From a virus (taxonomy: Duplodnaviria > Heunggongvirae > Uroviricota > Caudoviricetes), in IMG/VR virus record IMGVR_UViG_2778261151_000009, positions 1 to 10,237 of that record: a DNA stretch of 10,237 nucleotides. One strand, given 5' to 3'. This document shows positions 6,372 through 10,237 of the stretch, piece by piece. The translations under genes were made by a program, and so were the position numbers. The notes under the pieces were generated by a model, which was given only the letters and a program-made list of their open reading frames with translations, was not told the DNA's origin and ran no database searches. Within the stretch, counting starts at the first letter, position 1; every line of letters starts with the position of its first letter.

Positions 6372-7442
6372 TTACCCCCTGAAGCCCGGCGGAATTTCGT
6401 TATCCGGTTCAGAAATATGATTCACACAACGCTGGTTGTTCGTGCCGCTTACCGGGAGCAACCAGGGGTTCTCAAAATTCCGGTCCGGTCCAAAAAACGT
6501 CGTCGCTCGCTGAACAAATTCCGTTCCCGTTTTCCCGGTAGCCGCCAGGTATCTTGCGTAACGCCTCACGCCATCCAGCATGGCCTCTGGTGGCACCCCC
6601 TCGCGTAATCTGGCCTTCCAGGCACTGAAAGCGGATTTCTTCGGGTTTGCCCCGGCACGCAACGGGTACTCCCGCCAGACCTGTTCGAACACATCCGGAT
6701 AATCCACTCGTCCCACAGACTGCCCGGTGTTTTCCGGGACTACCCGATCGGCTTCCCGCTGAATGGCGGAATCGGCTTCAGGCTGCTGCAGTTGGTGTGA
6801 TTGCTCCGGACTTGCGGTCATCACCTGCTGCACAGCGCCCGAATCGGCTTTCAGCGCATACGCTGAATCGGCTTCCGGTGTCGTGCCTGCTGGCTGACCA
6901 GGATTGACGGTCTGAACATCCCCTGCCTGGTTCGTGGCGTTTTTTACGCCATGGACCATAGTGTTTTGATCTTCTTGATCTGTATCTTTATCTGTATCTT
7001 TATCTGTCGTGACTCGTCGTGACATGTGCGTGACATATCGTGACGCGCCGTGACAATCGCCATTTTGTTCCCGCTTTCTTTCCCTCTCTCGCTGCGCCCT
7101 CTTGCGCTCTGCAGGAGATTTTGCGGTTTGCGAAATATTGCCGTTGTCCTCTTTCAGCACCTGGCGTTTTTCCCATCCAGTGATTAAATCACCATCAAGT
7201 ACCCGCCCCTGCATCGTCTGCAAAATTGAATCAATTACCTCTTCTGTCACGTCGAGCGCACTTGCCAAATCTTCTGTCGTGACATCAATGTGACCTCGCG
7301 TGACATTTCGTGACGCGCTCACCAGGAGGTGGATATACACTGCCATCACTGTTGCAATTGGCTGCCCTGACACCCTGGCAATTGTTCGCCACTTAGGGTC
7401 ATTTGGCATGTCATGCCATAATCTGAGCCAGGCGTTAGCCAT
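6372..7442 (-). CDS. Putative replication initiator (O-like: N-terminal HTH, low-complexity linker, C-terminal domain) with iteron clusters inside the coding sequence
   Basis: ORF track 6372..7448 (GTG); ATG at 7442-7440 has SD AAGAGGTGA. Position after Cro-like and YdaT-like genes. Acidic repeat linker TTDKDTDKDTDQEDQ; basic stretch KRAQRERERKRE. Two clusters of CGTGAC direct repeats at helical-turn spacing inside the gene. Confidence 0.65.
   Translation of the reverse strand: MANAWLRLWHDMPNDPKWRTIARVSGQPIATVMAVYIHLLVSASRNVTRGHIDVTTEDLASALDVTEEVIDSILQTMQGRVLDGDLITGWEKRQVLKEDNGNISQTAKSPAERKRAQRERERKREQNGDCHGASRYVTHMSRRVTTDKDTDKDTDQEDQNTMVHGVKNATNQAGDVQTVNPGQPAGTTPEADSAYALKADSGAVQQVMTASPEQSHQLQQPEADSAIQREADRVVPENTGQSVGRVDYPDVFEQVWREYPLRAGANPKKSAFSAWKARLREGVPPEAMLDGVRRYARYLAATGKTGTEFVQRATTFFGPDRNFENPWLLPVSGTNNQRCVNHISEPDNEIPPGFRG
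7008..7054. repeat. Iteron-like cluster 1: five direct CGTGAC repeats at 10-11 bp spacing
   Basis: Copies start at 7008, 7018, 7029, 7039 and 7049, immediately preceded by a tandem 12-bp repeat ATCTGTATCTTT x2.5 (6978-7013). Confidence 0.6.
7246..7314. repeat. Iteron-like cluster 2: CGTGAC at 7278, 7299, 7309, variant TGTGAC at 7289, inverted copy GTCACG at 7246
   Basis: Same hexamer and 10-11 bp phasing as cluster 1, about 225 bp away, within the N-terminal coding part of the initiator gene. Confidence 0.55.
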
Positions 7443-7513
7443 ACTCACCTCTTTTGATACCGAATCTTTTTACTCACAAATTGCCGGAAGTGATCCGGTA
7501 TGAATATTGCGAG

Positions 7514-7939
7514 TCAATGCACAGCCACAATATTTCCTGCAGGGCCACCACGATTCATCTGGTTGAAACCAGCGATCGCCACTGCGACAAAATCATCAGC
7601 GTCTCTCACCAGTCGTTCCCGCGTCTCCACTAGTTCCCGAAAATAGGCTGAGCTATGGCTGCGCATTCGGGCCACCAGCAGAGGTGGCATTGCTTTTTCG
7701 ATAGCTGGTAACAACGCCTGAATTTTTTTAAGCGCATCAGGGGGGTCTTTCTCCACCCAGCGGAAAATTTTCTGAGTATTGCGAGCCAGGGCTTCCGGAT
7801 GGCTGTCGTCATACAGTTCCGGGAACGTCATTCCCAGCTCGAAATACGCTTTGGTAATTTTCGCAGCCGGTACTTTTTCGCCGTCCGGATGCGCCCAGGC
7901 ATTCATCGCCATGCGGATGTGTTCATGCTTGATTTTCAT
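7514..7939 (-). CDS. YdaT-like protein (position equivalent to CII in lambdoid early operons), 141 aa
   Basis: ORF track; ATG overlaps Cro-like stop as ATGA. Sits immediately downstream of the Cro-like gene. Family name from memory of Rac/CP-933P YdaT, not verified. Confidence 0.5.
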   Translation of the reverse strand: MKIKHEHIRMAMNAWAHPDGEKVPAAKITKAYFELGMTFPELYDDSHPEALARNTQKIFRWVEKDPPDALKKIQALLPAIEKAMPPLLVARMRSHSSAYFRELVETRERLVRDADDFVAVAIAGFNQMNRGGPAGNIVAVH

Positions 7940-8190
7940 GAATCAACTCCCATCAGCTTTTTCGTAGTAGTTTTATTCCTGCCAATAGTTAAAATTGCAT
8001 CGGCAGAAAATAATCCGTTTGATGCAAGAGCGATTTTTTCAGCGTAATTTGTTTCGCCGGTATATTCTGTGCGAGGCAATTTTCCGTTATCCATCCATTT
8101 ATAGATTGCTCTTTGGCTGACACCACAAACGTCGGCCACAACAGCAACGCGAACAGTTTTGATTACATCTTCAAGTGTTTTCTGGTTCAT
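7936..8190 (-). CDS. Cro-like HTH DNA-binding protein (84 aa from ATG 8190)
   Basis: ORF track 7936..8262, but the ATG at 8190-8188 has SD GAGGGTG 6 nt upstream. HTH signature VVADVCGVSQRAIYKWMDNGKLP. Divergent from the repressor gene. Confidence 0.7.
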   Translation of the reverse strand: MNQKTLEDVIKTVRVAVVADVCGVSQRAIYKWMDNGKLPRTEYTGETNYAEKIALASNGLFSADAILTIGRNKTTTKKLMGVDS

Positions 8191-8269
8191 ATCACCCTCA
8201 CAATGTGAACTTTGAGTACATGCTATAACAGAACTGACAGTACATTCAAGAGCGAATATCATTGAACTT
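8191..8269. promoter_or_regulatory. Divergent promoter/operator region between the Cro-like and repressor genes
   Basis: Repressor-side promoter: -35 CTGACA (8234-8239), 17-bp spacer, -10 TATCAT (8257-8262). Cro-side: -35 TTGAAT (plus 8244-8249), -10 TATAGC (plus 8222-8227). Two AACnnnnAGTACAT motifs at 8208-8221 and 8232-8245. Confidence 0.55.
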
Positions 8270-8689
8270 ATGGTTCATGAAGATAAAGCGCGTAAAGAGT
8301 TCGCCAGTAGGCTTGCGCTAGCCTGTGAAAACGCTGGTTATGAACAACATGGAAGGCAGGCAGAAATTGCCCGTCGAATGAAATTAACACCAAAAGCGGT
8401 TAGCAAATGGTTTAATGGCGAAACAATTCCTCGCCGGGAGAAATTAAGGGAATTAGCAACACTAATAGGAACAACACCAACCTATCTTTTGGGAGAGGAT
8501 ACAGAAGAAAGTGGACAGGTACGTTTCTATCAGGAGTTAAATCCAAGACAAAAAATCATCATTGACCTTCTGGACGAGCTCCCTGACAGTGAGACAGATG
8601 AACTTTTAAAAACTCTTGAAGAGAAAAAACAGAAGTACAATGCAATTTACGAAGAGTTAGCACGAAAGAAAAAACAAAAAGCCTCTTAA
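8270..8689 (+). CDS. CI/DicA-like XRE-family repressor lacking a peptidase domain (139 aa)
   Basis: ORF track; HTH GRQAEIARRMKLTPKAVSKWFNGETIP; C-terminal acidic/coiled segment. Divergent from Cro-like gene. No SD, with -10 placed about 7 nt before the ATG, suggesting a leaderless mRNA. Confidence 0.8.
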   Translation: MVHEDKARKEFASRLALACENAGYEQHGRQAEIARRMKLTPKAVSKWFNGETIPRREKLRELATLIGTTPTYLLGEDTEESGQVRFYQELNPRQKIIIDLLDELPDSETDELLKTLEEKKQKYNAIYEELARKKKQKAS

Positions 8690-8759
8690 ACCAGCATAAA
8701 TCCGGTAGCGCCTTCCTCCGGGTTTGTGCTTCACTTTATCCCATCTCATTTTTTTACAC

Positions 8760-8810
8760 ACAAAATGTACTATAAGTACTTTACAACAATGAACGCAAAG
8801 TACATTATAT
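8760..8810 (+). promoter_or_regulatory. Operator/promoter region upstream of the ydfA-like operon
   Basis: Near-palindrome ATGTACT-ATA-AGTACTT (8764-8780) and AACgcaaAGTACAT (8791-8804) overlap a candidate promoter (-35 TTTACA 8779-8784, -10 CATTAT about 8802-8807). Confidence 0.45.
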
Positions 8811-8986
8811 ACCTGCCACCCACCCCGCCCCACAGAATGCAGGGCAATACTTCGAGTTACCAGGCAGTGGTCAGGGGTTAAGTAGCCAGCCCGAGGCGTA
8901 AGAACATGACGGCAGGGTTCAACTTTAATAACTATGCAGCAGGTTTTTGTTCCGCTACCCCGGCGTTAAGGGGAAATGAGGTCAGC

Positions 8987-9142
8987 ATGGATACTATCGA
9001 TCTTGGCAACAACGAATCTCTGGTGTACGGCGTGTTTCCCAACCAGGACGGCACCTTCACCGCAATGACGTATACCAAAAGCAAAACGTTTAAAACCGAA
9101 TCTGGAGCGCGTCGCTGGCTGGAAAGAAATTCAGGTGGGTGA
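8987..9142 (+). CDS. ydfA: YdfA-like small protein (51 aa)
   Basis: Internal ATG of ORF track 8906..9142 with SD GAGGT 4 nt upstream. Protein MDTIDLGNNESLVYGVFPNQDGTFTAMTYTKSKTFKTESGARRWLERNSGG. Size and position after the DicA-like repressor match Qin ydfA (from memory). Confidence 0.6.
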   Translation: MDTIDLGNNESLVYGVFPNQDGTFTAMTYTKSKTFKTESGARRWLERNSGG

Positions 9143-9143
9143 T

Positions 9144-9272
9144 ATGGATTTCGACACAATCATGGAAAAGGCTTACGAAGAATACTTCGAAGGCCTTGCC
9201 GAAGGCGAAGAAGCTCTCAGCTTCAGCGAATTTAAACAGGCGCTTTCCAGTTCGGCAAAATCTAACGGCTGA
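9144..9272 (+). CDS. ydfB: YdfB-like small protein (42 aa)
   Basis: Not in ORF track (too short). ATG 9144 with SD AGGTGGG; own translation MDFDTIMEKAYEEYFEGLAEGEEALSFSEFKQALSSSAKSNG. Start 1 nt after the ydfA-like stop. Confidence 0.6.
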   Translation: MDFDTIMEKAYEEYFEGLAEGEEALSFSEFKQALSSSAKSNG

Positions 9273-9300
9273 TAAGCGAAACAGCACGCGAGGAATCAGT

Positions 9301-9411
9301 ATGCAGAAACGAGAACCCGTCATCATCGCGCCAGACTATACCGATGATGAACTTTATGAGTGGATTTTGGCGGCATCAGTTTCATTGCTGGCTGATGTCC
9401 GCCCTTTTTAA
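9301..9411 (+). CDS. YdfC-like short ORF (36 aa), uncertain; its 3' end is the DicF-like hairpin
   Basis: ATG 9301 with SD GAGGAA; own translation MQKREPVIIAPDYTDDELYEWILAASVSLLADVRPF. The coding sequence runs through the terminator hairpin, so it may be truncated or partly non-coding. Confidence 0.35.
   Translation: MQKREPVIIAPDYTDDELYEWILAASVSLLADVRPF
9357..9409 (+). ncRNA. dicF: DicF-like sRNA (processed 3' end of the ydfABC transcript) with intrinsic terminator
   Basis: GGCGGCATCAG...CTGATGTCCGCC hairpin (9369-9403) followed by TTTTT. Sequence and position after ydfC resemble E. coli DicF (from memory); 5' end not determinable here. Confidence 0.55.
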
Positions 9412-9591
9412 AGTGAATTTTGTGATGCGGTGAATGCGGCTCAGCGCACGCGGAACAGTTAAAACAGTAAGGAAAATCCCTTATTCCGGCGTTAATTATT
9501 AACTGGTTAACGTCACCTGGAGGCACCAGGCACCGCATCAACAAAGTTCACTTCGGTGATGAAAGGTAAGAGAAAATGTTGAATGTAGCTA

Positions 9592-9703
9592 TTGAAAACC
9601 AGAACGGGTGGAATTATAGTGCACCTGCACCTCATAAAACGGGTGCCGGGCGTGGAAACCCGAAATCATTCACGGCGCATAACCGCGCTCAGGCGGTTTT
9701 TTT
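9592..9703 (+). promoter_or_regulatory. Promoter-terminator unit: -35 TTGAAA (9592-9597), 17 bp, -10 TATAGT (9615-9620); terminator hairpin ACCGC-gctcag-GCGGT plus T7 (9682-9703)
   Basis: Near-consensus sigma70 elements followed about 60-75 nt later by a stem-loop and seven T. Could be a small RNA or an attenuating leader for the Rha-family gene. Confidence 0.4.
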
Positions 9704-9872
9704 ATGCGTTAAGCACAGCCACATTCGCATTATGGTGGGGCGTGCAGGGCAACCGCAAGGCTGGCCGGGTTCCGTGATGACCGGTATTTCCACCCCTGTA
9801 CGTCTCACCACCCTTATGGTCGTGGAAAACCTCGGTGGTGAGTTAATCAAATTCATCGCGGAGGCTGCCATC

Positions 9873-10237
9873 ATGGCTACTATCCTTACCCTTTCTCACC
9901 CTGACGTAACCATCGAAAATGGTCGCGCTGTCACTACGTCTGTTGCGATCGCCGAGTTCTTTGGCAAACGCCACGAACGAGTGTTGGATAAAATTCGCAA
10001 TCTGGACTGTTCAGCAAAATTCACTGAGCACAATTTTGTGTCGAGCGAATACACCGACTCAACCGGGCGCAAACTCCCAATGTACCAAATCACCAAAAAC
10101 GGCTTCGTTTTCCTGGTGATGGGCTTCACGGGCAAAAAAGCCGCCGCATTCAAAGAGGCATACATTGCTGAGTTCGACCGCATGGAGGCCGAACTGCGCC
10201 AGAATAACACCCCACCTGCTGACAAGATGATTCCGGG
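9873..10237 (+). CDS. rha: Rha-family phage regulatory protein, N-terminal part; gene continues beyond window end
   Basis: Absent from ORF track (no stop in window). ATG 9873 with SD GGAGG 8 nt upstream. Own translation MATILTLSHPDVTIENGRAVTTSVAIAEFFGKRHERVLDKIRNLDCSAKFTEHNFVSSEYTDSTGRKLPMYQITKNGFVFLVMGFTGKKAAAFKEAYIAEFDRMEAELRQ matches the pRha domain signature. Confidence 0.75.
   Translation, partial: MATILTLSHPDVTIENGRAVTTSVAIAEFFGKRHERVLDKIRNLDCSAKFTEHNFVSSEYTDSTGRKLPMYQITKNGFVFLVMGFTGKKAAAFKEAYIAEFDRMEAELRQNNTPPADKMIP

Noticed and set aside
6417-7503. Several 60-90-aa plus-strand ORFs (6417..6608, 6647..6907, 7102..7293, 7300..7503)
   Set aside because: All are antisense to the replication-initiator gene and lack RBS and recognisable motifs.
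8683-8740. Possible N-utilisation site (boxA-like GCCTCTTAAA plus downstream hairpin) after the repressor gene
   Set aside because: The boxA match is imperfect, the hairpin (CCGG...CCGG) is weak, and no N-like gene is present in the window.
9592-9777. 61-aa plus-strand ORF, considered as a possible dicB
   Set aside because: It starts with TTG, has no RBS, is Arg-rich, reads through the terminator hairpin and does not resemble DicB (MKTLLPNVNTSEG...).
9896-10225. 109-aa minus-strand ORF and 66-aa plus-strand ORF 9919..10119
   Set aside because: Both overlap the Rha-family coding frame, which has a strong domain signature and RBS.

Overview
This window reads as a lambdoid prophage segment of the Qin / phage-21 type, probably from an Escherichia-like host. 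All gene calls rest on reading translated motifs and gene order by eye; no database search was possible. On the minus strand, running from about 8190 down to 1, lies an early-to-late operon: a Cro-like HTH protein, a YdaT-like protein, a replication initiator with iteron clusters inside its own gene, four tightly coupled small genes (one a DUF4406 nucleoside-deoxyribosyltransferase-like protein), a small lipoprotein-like membrane protein in an AT-rich island, a hok-type toxin with its own promoter and terminator, a Rem-like small protein, a DUF968/HNH protein, rusA (apparently frameshifted), a Q-like antiterminator with a pR'/tR' unit, four tRNA genes, a phage-21-type pinholin and a SAR endolysin that runs off the window start. 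On the plus strand a short CI/DicA-like repressor is transcribed divergently from the Cro-like gene, followed by ydfA-, ydfB- and ydfC-like small ORFs, a DicF-like sRNA terminator, a promoter-terminator unit of unknown function, and a Rha-family gene that runs off the window end. No CRISPR array, IS element or rRNA was seen. The most check-worthy items are the candidate origin (CGTGAC iterons), a repeated operator-like motif, the rusA frameshift, an atypical tRNA, the hok mRNA long-range pairing, the small membrane protein beside hok, and the uncharacterised gene block around DUF4406. I cannot say from sequence alone that any of these is a novel system.
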